Shown here: positions 1 through 12,942 of the stretch, in pieces | Numbering within the stretch: the first letter of the stretch is position 1 | How the letters are laid out: every line of letters starts with the position of its first letter | Source of the DNA: Octopus sinensis | Lineage: Eukaryota | Assembly: GCF_006345805.1 (NCBI RefSeq) | Contig: NW_021835012.1 | Span: 1 to 43,403, forward strand | Direction: 5' to 3' | DNA length: 43,403 nucleotides | The notes under the pieces: generated by a model | The model's input: only the letters and a program-made list of their open reading frames with translations | Database searches by the model: none | What the model was told of the DNA's origin: nothing | Position numbers and translations under genes: made by a program

Positions 1-49
<49 letters not shown>

Positions 50-79
50 GTGTGTGTGTGTGTGTGTTGTGTATGCTCT

Positions 80-499
80 TTACCTTTTACTTGTTTCAGT
101 CATTTGACTGTGGCCATGCTGGACCACCGACTTTAGTCGAGCAAATAGATCCCAGGACTATTTTGTACGAGGACTATAAGTACCAGGCTTACTTTGTAAG
201 CCTGGTACTTATTCTATCGGTCTGTTTTGCCGAACCGCTAAGTTACGGGGACGTAAACACACCAGCATCGGTTGTCAAACGATGTTGGGGTGGGGACAAA
301 CACAGGCACACAAACACACACACACATACATATATACGACGGGCTTCTTTCAGTTTCCGTCTACCAAATCCACTCACAAGGCTTTAGTCGGCCCGAGACT
401 ATAGTAGAAGACACTTGCCCAAAGTACCATGCCGTGGAACTGAACCCGGAACCATGTGGTTGGTAAGCAAGCTACATAAAACACAGTCACTCCTACGCC
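80..499 (-). mobile_element. SINE family A (tRNA head, CORE-like ttgggcaagtgtctt segment, internal (CA)n, tail ...cagtcaaatgactgaaacaagtaaaag)
   Basis: Reverse complement of the full copy at 39797..40200; head remnant at ~430-499. May correspond to the octopus OR-type CORE SINEs (not verified). Confidence 0.88.
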
Positions 500-660
500 T
501 ATACAGCCACTCCTGCGCCTATACAACCATCCTACGACCTATACAGCCACGCCTACGCTACCTATATATATATCTATATATATATATATATATATTATAT
601 AATATATATATATATTCTTTTATTGTTTTATTTGTGTGTGTATGTGTGTATATATATATA

Positions 661-896
661 CTCTTTTACTCTTTTACCTGTTTCAGTCATTTGACTGCAG
701 CCGTGTTGGAGCACCGCCTTTAATCGAACGAATCGACCGCAGGACTTTTTGTTTGTAAGCCTAGTACTTATTCTATCGATCTCTTTTGCTGAACCGCTAA
801 GTTACGGGAACGTAGACACACTAACCTCGGTTGTCAAGCGATGGGCGGGGGGACAAACACAGACACACAGACACACGCACACACACACGCACACGC

Positions 897-945
<49 letters not shown>
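661..945 (-). mobile_element. SINE family A, 3' half
   Basis: tttcagtcatttgactg...gaaccgctaagttacggg...gacaaacacag matches the tail half of family A and ends in (CA)n. Confidence 0.85.
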
Positions 946-946
<1 letters not shown>

Positions 947-1035
947 TAGAGAGCGAGATGAAATAATATATTTATAATATATTTACGTAGTCGACCGCTT
1001 TCGCATGTGCTCCTCATAATAATAACTCTGTCCAA

Positions 1036-1683
1036 ATTGATGTGCTAAACACAAATTATCTTTTCTGTGGAGCTTTAAAATTTGGAAATGAAACAAATGG
1101 TATGTGCTGCTCAGGCAGTCAGGTAACATTGCCAGCACTACCAGCTCCTTCTCAATCTCTTATGGATCTCCTAGAAGGCACTTCCATCCAGTCAAAGGAT
1201 TTTCTGAACAATATCAGACAATAAAACTCTGCAAATGACATCGTTTGGTGCATCTAAGAACATAGATAAACATGAGTTTACGACGACGTCAAAGTTCAAG
1301 GGCAAATCTATCACCTCGTTGGTTCCCTGTTGTCCACAAATGAACAACCACAGTTCCTCCAAATTTAATTTATGAGTGATGTAGGACAACAAACCCGACC
1401 CATCAGATGATGGGTCGTGTTAGACACAGAGCCGACTGCTGCAAAAGAGAGTATATCCACTGACAGCTTCTCGGTGCGTTCAAAAATCACATAACCCCCC
1501 CCCCCACAGGTTAGGGCCTGAAATACTCCAAATGGACGCATAACATGTTGCTTAGTCGAATTAGCCCATCATCTATTCCACAATGCTGCACTTTCCCATA
1601 TCACCTGTTTCAACATTACTGTAATACATATATAAAACTATGCCATTTTAATAATCCGAGCAACGCCGGTTGTCTCTGCTATG
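1036..1683 (+). mobile_element. Decayed, internally deleted Helitron: RepHel N-terminal coding remnant plus 3' terminus
   Basis: Across stops and frameshifts reads FCGALKFGNETNGMCCSGSQVTLP..LMDLLEG..SKDFLNNIRQ*NSA / MTSFG / KVQGQIYHLVGSLL..PQFLQI*F, the conserved Helitron N-terminal block. Ends with ccgagcaacgccgg (1656-1669) and a degenerate CTAG (ctat, 1679-1682). Confidence 0.85.
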
Positions 1684-1696
1684 TATATGTGTATAT

Positions 1697-1735
<39 letters not shown>

Positions 1736-1752
1736 TGTATGTATATATATAT

Positions 1753-1812
<60 letters not shown>

Positions 1813-1860
1813 ATGTGTGGTGTGTGTGTGGTGTGTGGGTGTGTGTGTGTGGTAAAAGTA

Positions 1861-1985
1861 AAAAATATACAAACTGGACAAGAACGTGAAACATTTAGAA
1901 GACGACACAAAAAACACGGACGGGACATTCGAAGCCTTCAATCTTCAGTCAAGAACCGGATCATCTTCGCAATTTCGGCTGATTA
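1861..1985. repeat. Unclassified ~125-bp repeat embedded in microsatellite (family E); second copy 31321..31445, short related end ~24200..24235
   Basis: Shared ggacaagaacg...gacgacacaaaaa...cattcgaagcc..atcttcagtcaagaaccggatcatc.tcgcaatttcggctgatta. Confidence 0.75.
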
Positions 1986-2109
1986 TATATATATATATGT
2001 TGTGAGGGCATACATACAGAGAAGGGATGTATATACACGCACGTAGATACATACATAAGTACACACACTTACACACAATCTCACACACACATGCGCACTT
2101 ACAAGTGCG

Positions 2110-2705
2110 CGTGTGTTGTCTTTGGCCCGCACCACTACTTGACAACCAGCTTGTTTTTTAATGTCCCCGTAACCTTGCGTTTCAGCAAGTCTAAATAAAA
2201 AAAAAAGAAAATACCAGTGTTTTTTAAGAAAAAATCAAGTAGTGATATAGATTCGTGCGACTGAACCCTTGGCCACAATCCAAGGACTGAAACAAATAAA
2301 AGATTAAAGATGAAAGATAATGAAGTCCGGTGGGTGATATATGGGTGGAGAGTGAAGAACGGCAAAAAAGATGACGTGTTTTTGTTCTTTAAACTGTTTT
2401 TACTCCGAAGTAAAAACGGTGACAAGACTAGGCAGTCGTTAAGCAAGTGTCCTAACACGCTAGCTGAGCTCTGACGATGCCAATACACCAGATGGGTGGG
2501 AAACTTTTAAGGAGACGTTCAGGCCTCTGTCTAACCTTCAACAGTCACTTGTTTCAGTCGTTAGACTGTGGCCACGCTGGGGCACCGCCTTGAAGAGTGT
2601 AGTCAAACAAATCAACCGCTGTAGGATATTATATTTTTATTTTTAAGTTTGGTACTTATCCTATCGATATCTTTGGCCTTCGTGCCAAGTAACGGGGACG
2701 TAAAT
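2110..2705. mobile_element. Two old SINE-A tail halves (+ ~2110..2305, - ~2547..2705)
   Basis: cttgacaacc..tccccgtaac..ggccacaatccaaggactgaaacaaataaaag and its reverse-orientation counterpart. Confidence 0.7.
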
Positions 2706-3502
2706 AAATAGGGAGAGAAAAGAAGACATGTATTTTAACTAAACGGTCACTGCATGCTGAAGTGACCGGAAGTAGAACGAGGTCGCTAAAGGAGTGAGTG
2801 GGAAGGGTGACAATTGGATTGTGGGGGGCAAGGGGAATACCTGCGAACCTGGCATATGTATCTGGAAGAGCAAACATGCGTGTGTATACTGTTTGCGTTT
2901 TTGCGTGTGCATGTATATATATGCTTGTGCGCGCGTCCATGTTTTGAGTGTATATGAGGCTATCTCACGTATGTTTGTGTGTGTGTGCGTGTGTGTGTTT
3001 GTGTATGAGGCTATCCAGACGTATGCGCGATGTGAATGAATCTATTGTGTGCATATATACCATGTGTTTGTGCGTGCGTGTGCGCATGCGTGTCTGTATT
3101 TGTATGGATGTTAGGTATGTTATACTGGATAGAGCTGTTAGGTGCAACAGAGGTGATAAAAGTAGTAGGTGTTGGGAAGTGTTTGTACTATAAGTGTGAC
3201 GATAATAAGTTGGGGTGGGGACTGCAGAAGAAGTGTGGGTGCTGGTGTGTGTGTGTGAAGTAGGAATAAGCAGTGTGTGAGTGCATGTGTGTATAGGTGC
3301 ATGTGTATACTGTAAGGAGTGTGTGTGTGTATATAGACGCATGTGTATGCTGTAAGGTGTGTGTGTGTGTGTGTAGATGCATATATATGCTGTTTGAACG
3401 TGTTGGTGTGTGGTGATAGGTAATGTGCTCAATGGTTAGATAGGTATGTGATGGGTAGATGTTGAGGGGACAGTGGGAATGTAAGGCGTGTGTGAAGGGA
3501 GT

Positions 3503-4180
3503 TTAAATGAAAAGAGGTGGAGAATTTAGACCGTGAGGACTGAAGTATGGAGAAAGAAAACTAATTCTTGCTTCAGACGAAGTGTGAGTCCGCATGGCCT
3601 CTGTGCAAGGTCAGTCCGAACGCAGACACATGTTGCAGGGAGTAACCTGCCGAACGGAAATGATGCGACACCGAGGTGTCATTACTGAATTTCATATTCA
3701 GCAAAACGGTTAGCCACGTGTCGACCAGTCTGTCCAATGTACGGAGAGTAACAGAGAGCAGAAAATTTGTAATCAGATTACTAGAGGTGCAATTGAAGGA
3801 GTCGGCGAAATAAAAGGTGCATTTGTAGGTACCGGTGAAGACGGTAGTGTTGGAAAGAAAGGCTGGTGCGGCAGCAGCGTCGGCAAAAGCAAGGAGCCAG
3901 GTTGAGTGTCGGGAGTTGGGGAAGAACGACGGGCCAATAATTCAGGTAGGTTGCGGACACGTTTGAAGGAAAGGCAGGCGCAAGTTGGGGAAAATACGGG
4001 CGGAGTCGTATAGGAGTTGGTGGAAAGCACGTGTAGTAGGGTGTCGGAGGAGTAGGATGGAGGGATGGTAGGTAAAAGGGAGAAGGGTATGGGTGGGATA
4101 AGCGTGGGTAGAGAGGGCTGTTGCGCCGTCAACAGACCTAGTGCGAGCGAAGGCAGCATAACAGGGGACGGAGCACATTG
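3503..4180 (-). mobile_element. Penelope-like retroelement C-terminal fragment (linker + GIY-YIG endonuclease), pseudogenised
   Basis: Minus-strand frames give LPFTYHP, LSFKRVRNLPELL, PGS, DSFNCTSSNLI / LCYSPYIGQTGRHVANRFAEY / VSHHF..VSAFGL / KQELVFF...PHGLN..FI*, the standard PLE order. Stop at 3503-3505. Confidence 0.88.
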
Positions 4181-4604
4181 CGTTGGTCGGCTTGGGCTAT
4201 AGTAGAAGTCACTTGCCTAAGTTGCCGCACAAAAGGACTGAACAAGGTGATTGCAAATTAAGCTTCTTATCAACACAGCCGTGTTTGTCCCTATGTATGT
4301 ATGTATGTATGTATGTATATATATTCCTTTACTTGCTTTAGTCATTTGGCTGCGACTATGCTGGAGCACCACCTTTAGTCGAACAAATCACCCCCAGGAC
4401 TTATTCTATGTTAGCCTAGTACTTATTCTAACGGTCTCTTTTACGGAACTGCTAATGTTGCAGGGACATAAAAACACCAACATCGGTTGTCAAACGATGG
4501 TGGGGGTGTGGGGACAAACATACATATATACATATATATGTATGTATAGCACACACACACACACATACACGCACACTCACCACACACACACACACACGCA
4601 CACA

Positions 4605-4637
<33 letters not shown>

Positions 4638-4757
4638 TAGATATATACGACAGGCTTTCAGTTTCCGCCAAGCAAACCCACTTTTGTCGGCCCTTGGGTG
4701 TTCAGTGGGAAACATGTGGTTGGGAAACAAGCTTCTTACCACACAGCCACACTTGCC
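4180..4757 (-). mobile_element. SINE-A head remnant (~4180..4290) and near-full copy (~4325..4757)
   Basis: gctatagtagaag..cacttgcc; cggttgtcaaacgatgg; cttcttaccacacagccac. Confidence 0.8.
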
Positions 4758-4776
4758 CCTATAACCACTCCCGCGC

Positions 4777-4827
<51 letters not shown>

Positions 4828-5046
4828 GTATATAAACCATAAAAAGTCAGGAAAACTTTTTATAGTTAATATACTCCTCGTGAAATAATTTCATCGATTG
4901 GATCTCCTAGATTTCAGCAGCATGGAACTCTGCACTACACTCCTCTGTATTGGATTACAATGTGGTCTGCCAGCCGAGTCTGCCGGAGGAGCTTTCTGTG
5001 ATACGATTCTATGAATCCATATTTGATGCTACAAAAATATAAGTAA

Positions 5047-5350
5047 TGTATGTATGTATGTATGTATGTATGTATGTATGTATGTATGTGTGTGTATGTA
5101 TGTATGTATGTATGGTATGTATGTATGTATGTATGTATGTATGTATGTATGTATGTATGCATGTATGTATGTGTGTATTTGTATGTATGTATGCATGTAT
5201 GTATGTATGTTTGTGTGTGTGTATGTATGTATGTATGTGTGTATGTATGTATGTATGTATAGATAGATAGATAGACAGACAGTCAGACAGACAGATAGAG
5301 AGATAGAAAGAAAGAAAGATAGATAGATAGATAAATAGATAGATAGATAA

Positions 5351-5438
<88 letters not shown>

Positions 5439-5440
5439 CT
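5047..5440. repeat. Compound (TATG)n / (GATA)n tetranucleotide microsatellite
   Basis: Directly visible tandem units. Confidence 0.95.
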
Positions 5441-5719
5441 GAAATTGCGGTAGAAAGTGACCCAAAGTATTTGTACACCTGTGTGTGTGTGTCTGTGCGT
5501 GCGTGCGTGTGTACTTGTTTATTGTGTGTATACACGTGTATGCATTGTTCTAAACTATGCCAACCAGCCAGCTAGCCAACCAGCCAGCCAGCCAACCAGT
5601 CCGCCAGATAAACAGCCAGCCACCCATCCACCTAACTTATTCCCCCGTTTACTAACACCACCGCCGCCAGCACCACCACAACCCGTACCACTGTCACCAT
5701 CATCACTCGCATAATCCAC

Positions 5720-8680
5720 TTCGAAGTTCATCTTTCTCAGCTTCACTTATACGCCATCTCACCTCCTTCCATCCTTATTTTTTTACCTCTACCTCCCACC
5801 TTTTATAGTAAGTCCGCTAGTGGTTGTTGGCGCACTTTTGCTTCTGTTATTCTCACTTTCTTCTCTATCTTTCTCTCTCAATCTCTCTCAGCTTTCACTT
5901 TCTCTAGCGGGCTTTCGCTTGTCTCCCTCTTATACTTAGTATATCTCCCTTCTTCCATCTCTCTCTCTCTTCTCCCTACTCTCTTTCATTTGCTCTCTCT
6001 CCTTCACCGTACTGTATTTACATCTTCACGAATAATTCCCTTTCTCAGTAAACTCCCCACGTGTTAAATTTCTCCAACTTCAATGCAATGCATTGCTCTG
6101 CAACTCCCATATGACCAATTATGCTCCTACCTCTTCCCCCTACTCTTCTAAATACTAGCATTATCGTATCTACTCTTCCCCCACCTTACACTCCTGCTCC
6201 TTTTCTGTCTCTCCTCTCACGTTCACTCAACTCTTCTCTGTCTTTCCTCTATCGTGGCACTCTTAACCCCTCTCTCTCTCTCTTAAACATTACATCTCCT
6301 TCATTCGCTCTCCCACACTTAACTGCTTGCTTTCTCTCAACGTATCTTTCCTTTTCCTCTCATCTTTTATAACCACCATCTCGATATACCATATCTATTA
6401 CCAGAGTTCTTATCCCACTCTTACTCTTACTCTCTCTCTCTCACTAACTTTTCACTCGCATTCTGTCATTCCCTCCCATCACACTATCTCTAACTTTTAC
6501 TATTTCTCTCACTTACCTCCTCCTGCAACTTCCATCTCTAAGTCTCAATGTTCGAGCCTAACCACTACGTTCATATCTCTCCTCTTACTACACCTTAAAA
6601 GCCGCGGTTCACACGCACACACTCACACACATACAGGCATTCACTCTCTTTCTCACTAACACTTCATCTATGCTTTATAGTTCTAATCTACTCATCTTAT
6701 TTCTTTAATCTGTCTGTCTGTCTAATGTCTTCATAACTCTCTCTCTCTCTTTTATTTTCCCCTCTAACTAACCACACTCGCCATCATTAAGCTTCACTTA
6801 GCAACTTTTACTCCTGAAATTACTGCAACTCATGTTCATCTCTCATTGTCTCTCTCTCTTCGCATACATCGTACGCTCATTTTTCTCCTTTCTTTCCTTT
6901 CCTCATACTTTCTCTCTCTCTCTATCCTTACTTCTTATACTCTCTCATTTTCAAACTTTTCCTCCTCTTTCTTAACTATTTCAATTACTTCAAACCGACG
7001 TTTTTTAAAACTAGTTTTCATGGTGACTTCTTCCTCCTTTTCTCTCGTTATTAGTCTTGAGCACGCCTCGCACGCATGAACATAGAACGATAGACAAATC
7101 AGGCGTACAAAGATCCGCATACGACTACAAGATTGTCAATGCGTGTGTGCTTGTTGTATTCGTTGTTTCTGACACTCCGACTCTCTACTTTTCTATATCT
7201 TTCTATCACTTCTCCTCTTAATCACGTCTTACTTACACCTTTCCTCACGCAACTACTCTTCTCTCTTCTTATCTCACTTCTCTACTTTCTTTTTTTCCTT
7301 TCCTTTTTATTCTTGTTCACCTCCCACTCTCTCAGTCTCTTACTGCTTTTCAATGTATCTTTGTCGTTCTCTCACTCACTACTTCTACTCTTCTTCATTC
7401 TCTATCCATCTTTATCCCTCCGACCTTCACTCTCTCACATATCAATACTCTTTCACCATTAACCCTCACTATAGTTCACCTTTTTCTTTTTTCATACCCC
7501 TTCTCTCTTTCCCTCACAACACACACACACTTCCTCTCTTTCTCCGCCCCTTCTTCTTCTAGTCTCCTACTAATTACCAATGCCTTCTACTACTACTACT
7601 ACCACCACTCCCATCTCTTATGTTTACTTAACTCCTACCCTCTCTGTCTCTCGACTAAACCACCCTTTTCCGTTTACCATCAAAATCATCATCATCATAA
7701 TCATCACTATCACCATCATAGCCAATGTTTCTTTCTCCGTCTCTTCTCTCTCTTCTCACCAACTTCTGCATCACCATCACTCATTCTGTTCTGTCATCCT
7801 GTCACCATTTACCTTACATGTACACCTCTTTCTCTTTTTCTTCTTCCTTTCCTCTCTAATGTACTCAATACCTGTTAGTGCTCCGTCCGTGACTATCATC
7901 AACAGGAACCCGAAATAATCCAAACTTCATCCTCCGTCACCGATGCATTCCTAATCTCCCAGTCTACCACCATCGTCATGGTCGCCATCATCGACAGTGT
8001 CATTACCATTACGGCGGCGGCGACGACGAAACCCTCTCCCTTTTATAACCGCCACTACCACCACTACCGCTCTTACCCGTATCGTCCCTATTTCAACCAC
8101 TACCACCACCACCACTACTACTACTACTGCTACTGCTGCTGCTGTTCGTAGTAGTGCTAAAAATATCGTCACTACCGTCTTTGCTACCATTCAACCAATG
8201 GTATCGTTAATATTAACCATCTTATTACCCTTGCCAATAGGGCAACCAGCATCGGCGACACCATCATTGTCACCTCTCCCTCCAAGTATCACTGTCTGGG
8301 GCAGGAACATTTCCCTTTCTTAGTTCATCATCATCACCACTAGCATAATCACCATCATAATTATCATCCTCATCATCACCCCCCATCACCGCTGCCATCA
8401 TCTCTATCATCAACATCATGACCACCACCACCACCACCACAATCACCACCGCCGCCGCCTGCCTATCTCTTCTACCGCTTTCTTCCTTTCCCCTCCTTTT
8501 CTGTCGTCATACTCCAATCATTTAGCGATCACCAACCACATCTACACCTTTATAAATCCTCACAACCCACTTTATACTGTCTACACCACAACCATCGTAT
8601 CATCCCACCTTCACCACCATCGCTAGAACCTCAACTACAGCCACCACCACCACCACTGCACTTACAAACAATACGATGAC
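5720..8680. repeat. Pyrimidine-rich (+ strand) low-complexity tract grading into CAT/CAC/TAC triplet repeats
   Basis: G is very scarce on the + strand; (CT)n runs; triplet runs from ~7580. Confidence 0.85.
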
Positions 8681-8719
8681 CGTTATTATCAGTGAGATTA
8701 GCGAAGTTTTCCTGTTGTT

Positions 8720-9135
8720 TATAGCCCCAGGTCAGCTGGACGAGCAAGACAGCATCCTGGATGTGACCATTCCGTTTTTTTTTTAAAGAATGTTCATCTC
8801 AAGACTCCATTATCCATTTCGTCCTTCTGTTTTCTTTTTTTGCTTTTGTTAGTGTGATTTGAGACAAATGACAATTTTGGCTGCTATTTCTAGTAAGTCA
8901 AGCAACTTCGTACAGGCTTCCTGATTTGATTGGTTCGTGTTTGCGAACTTGTTTAACCACAGGTCAGTCCAGACTAAACAGACCGCTTTTAGCTATAACC
9001 TCTCTCTCTACATTATAAAAACCAACATCGACTCAACCAGATAACACTAGATTTATTAAATGTGTCCATCCCTTGTACTTTTAAAGAGAACTTTGATTGC
9101 TCCTTCGAGCAAGCCGACTGACCACGAAGAGGCTC
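8720..9135. repeat. Old dispersed repeat family (motifs ccaggtcag, gtgaccatcc, gatttggctgctatttctagc..gagcgacc); further degenerate copies ~14660-15300, 16330-16580, 17060-17100, 17630-17880, 20340-20480, 21100-21210
   Basis: The same short motifs recur in both orientations. Confidence 0.6.
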
Positions 9136-9846
9136 CGTGGTTGATTGAGATTGGTAAGACATGTTTGGTCCTGAAGTTGGCTCTTAATAACTAGGTGCAT
9201 GTGAATCACATTCTAGGTGTGACAATGCGGGTTGTTTTCGGTCCTCAGTGTACCATGGACTACGTTATCTAAAACGTCCTTCCCTTTTGAAGAGAGACTT
9301 GACTAACCCTTAAACAGACCAACCGCGCAAGGCAAAAACGGGGAAGAAGGAAAAAAAAACTCCGTTGTTGTTATCTCAAAGTTAGCCAAAAGTTTAGTTC
9401 CAAATTAGCAATCAGGCTTTCCAGGCGTGAGCATCCAGCAAATTTTCTTCTTTTTTTTTTCTCTCTCTCCTTTTAAAGTATCCAGACAATATGGCCTTTC
9501 CCCATTTTAAGAAAACTGTAAGGTATGATTTTATAGAGGAGACAGTGACTCGCAAAGAAGACTCGAATTAAGCGAAATTAACAGCGTGAGGTAGAGAGAT
9601 CATCCAGCGTTACTGAGATTTGGTAAAATCACTGATGGTAGCACAAAGCATTCAGTGACATCCCGCCGACACTGACACTGCTACTACTACTACTACTACT
9701 ACTACCCCCACCATCACCACCACCATCAGCCTAATAAAACCCAGCGCACACACATGCACGCATACAAACATACACTCCTCCTCTCTGTATGCTTGTAAAA
9801 GTATGTCTGTGTATGTGTGTCCGTGTCGCACACATATTCATTTGTG

Positions 9847-9887
<41 letters not shown>

Positions 9888-10007
9888 TGCCCCAGCACGG
9901 CCGTAGTCCAATGACCGAAAGAAGTAAAAGAAAAAAGTAAAATATGTATATATGTGTATAAATCTATATATATATTTATATATATGTGTGTGTGTGTGTC
10001 TGAGTAT

Positions 10008-10043
<36 letters not shown>

Positions 10044-10214
10044 AGTATTATATATATATATATGTATATGTGTGTGTGAGTATTTATATATATATATATA
10101 TGCATATGTGTGGAGAGTATGTATGTGTATATATATATGTATGTGTGTATAAATTTAGAGGCCGACCAGCCGAACTAGCCAACGAGTAAGAAGATAGTGC
10201 GCCAAACGAGAAGT

Positions 10215-10660
10215 GCAGTAGTACTAGCACAACTTACCACTCTACCACTACCACTACTGCTATCTCACTACTATTATCATGCTACTACTGTTACTACTAC
10301 TACTACTACCGCCACTCCCACACCCCGTTACCACCAACAACTATCACTAGTACTACTGCTGATGTCACCACCACCACCACCACCACCACTACCGCCGCCG
10401 CCGCCACCATCAGCATCACCACCATTTCCACTACTACGAGTACTATTACTACTCCAAAAAAAAAAAAGTCACTATTACTACTATTACTACTACTACAGCA
10501 GCTTCTAGTGCTGCTGCTGCTACTACTACAGCTGCTGCTGATACCACTACCACTACAGCTAATCACTACTACTGCTGCTACTATTACTACTACTACTACG
10601 ACTACTACTATGACTATGACTATTACTATGACTACTACTACTACTACTATTACTACTGTC
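10215..10660. repeat. Mixed trinucleotide repeats (TAC/CAC/CGC/TGC/GAC) about 2 kb upstream of the FoxO ATG
   Basis: Directly visible. Confidence 0.9.
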
Positions 10661-11134
10661 AGCGTGCTAAGTCTAACAACAGTGTGTATGCCAAGAGAGA
10701 ATTTCTAACTCAAAAATATTGTGGATATTTTTTTCAAAAGAATAACAAGGAACAAGTTAAAATCAAAACAAAAACAAACGAAACGAAACGGAAATATTAA
10801 CGCACTCACACACACGGCTCTCTTTCACTTTGGTACCTAGGATTTTTGACTATATATATATAAATATGTATATATACACTTACATACACATACACAAATA
10901 TATATATGTATATATGTAAAGTCTGTGGAGATTCTTGTTTTGAGAGGTGCTTGCTTTTTTATTAGGGGGGGGTGCCACACTATGGATTAACCACCCGCTT
11001 TTATATTATATAACAACATACGTACGCGTGTGTATATATCTATATATATATATGCTGTCGTAATTATGTAATATGTAACAACATACACAAAAAAAACAGC
11101 CACACACTTGTGCGCACTCATAGAATTATAACTG

Positions 11135-11262
<128 letters not shown>

Positions 11263-12546
11263 TGTATGTTTACAAGTATATTTTCAGAAATCTATATGTG
11301 TGTCTATATGTTATATACGAAATATATTGCTGCGATGTATGTGTGTGGATTTTTAACTGAAATATTTTGCCATGAAACTTGACCGTCACAACCAGCACAC
11401 AACACATGTAATGTTTACAAGACATATCTGGTATATATAATTAATATACACGCTTTAAGATGTTTATACGAACCAATGAGAGAAAAATGCATGAAAGTAT
11501 TTCACCATCGGTGTGGTTAATACTGAAAATGGATCCTCATCTTTGACACAGAAAACGAATTTTATTTCCTCAATCTGTCATTCGCAATCTACCTCTATAT
11601 ATACACACATATAAACATGTATATTTGTGAATATATTTATGAAAATTTTAAAAACCAAATTGATGAAATTTGGTTGATATTTCGTTGAGAGGAAAACAGT
11701 GGATCGTGTGGGGTAACGTGTTTTGATTCTGTTTCTGGTTTATTTTTCTTTCTGTTAAAACAAAAAAAAAAAAAGATATCAGACGTCCGAAAAAGAGGAT
11801 GGCGTGGAATTATTATTACCATCTGACTAACAACAACAAAAATTCATGTCTGTGTAAGTTTTTCAAATACAATTCCATTATTCTTGCCGAAATGAAACAG
11901 AAACAAAGATTGTGAAAATATAAATAACTAGCAACACAACAAACTACATTCGTACCATACAATCTTATACACGCATTCAACACTTTATAACAAATTGGCA
12001 CCATACCACATTATACATACATCGACCTATACACAGCAAAAGAATCACACACCAGCAGACATAATACCACTACAATTATACACACACCAACGAAATAACA
12101 CTATACTACATATATATATATCATACGCACTTAATACCATAAACACCCACACAGTATACACAAACGTTATATACTACATTAGTATATATATATATACACA
12201 CACACACCTTAATCACACAGAACATATATATAGAATACACGCCTATATATATATACACACACACACACGCAGTATGCGCTCTGGGTATATATGTATTCAT
12301 TTTAATATACGATACATGCTTTCAAAGCGAGTAACATATTTATATGTATAGAATAATATATAAGTAAAAAAGAAGGAAAGACGAAAGTAAAGGACGAGAA
12401 GGAAGAATATCTCTGCCTAATTGGATCTACTCTTATCAAAGGTTGTTAACTAGTAATTTTTATTAGCTCTTCAAAGGAAAGAGCTTAAAAAAATTTTTTC
12501 TATAATAATTTTGATAATAGTAATTAATACTAATTAAAATATCACT

Positions 12547-12942
12547 ATGGATATAGAATCAAAACTGGCTTCTCCAGATGTGGACCCAAGTTTTAAACCC
12601 CAGATGCGCGTTCGCTCCAACACGTGGCCCCTCCGGCCTCAGGAAGTTAGCTCCGGTGACGGACCTGACCCCCAGAACAGTCCGTTGCACGAGGAACCTG
12701 GGTGTCCGGTCGCTATAGGTGACGGTGGCACGCCTGGTGGTAAAGATGCTTTGACTGTCAACAAGAAATCTTCGTCAAGAAGGAATGCATGGGGTAATTT
12801 ATCGTACGCTGATCTTATAACTAAAGCCATACAAAGTTCCCCGGAGCAACGCCTAACCTTGTCGCAAATTTATGAATGGATGGTTCAAAATGTGCCATAT
12901 TTTAAGGATAAAGGAGACAGCACTAGCTCTGCAGGATGGAAG
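12547..12942 (+). CDS. FoxO: Forkhead box O transcription factor, first coding exon (132 codons, ends at a phase-0 GT donor)
   Basis: Translation contains RVRSNTWPL (RxRxxT Akt/14-3-3 site of FoxO) and [57 protein letters not shown] (FoxO forkhead N-half). AAG|GTCAGT donor at 12943 matches the conserved FoxO intron between GWK and NSIRH. In-frame TAA at 12535-12537 and actATGG context support the start. Confidence 0.97.

Noticed and set aside
1925-1985. Minus-strand CTGAAGA and ccGAAA in family E
   Set aside because: Order and pairing do not fit a hammerhead topology.
2465-2525. CTGACGA..GAAAC hammerhead-like core
   Set aside because: No NUH triplet in position and no helix I partner.
7951-10708. 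Poly-Thr/Pro/Val ORFs upstream of FoxO as extra coding exons
   Set aside because: They derive from trinucleotide repeats, and the FoxO ATG has an in-frame upstream stop and a normal N-terminus.
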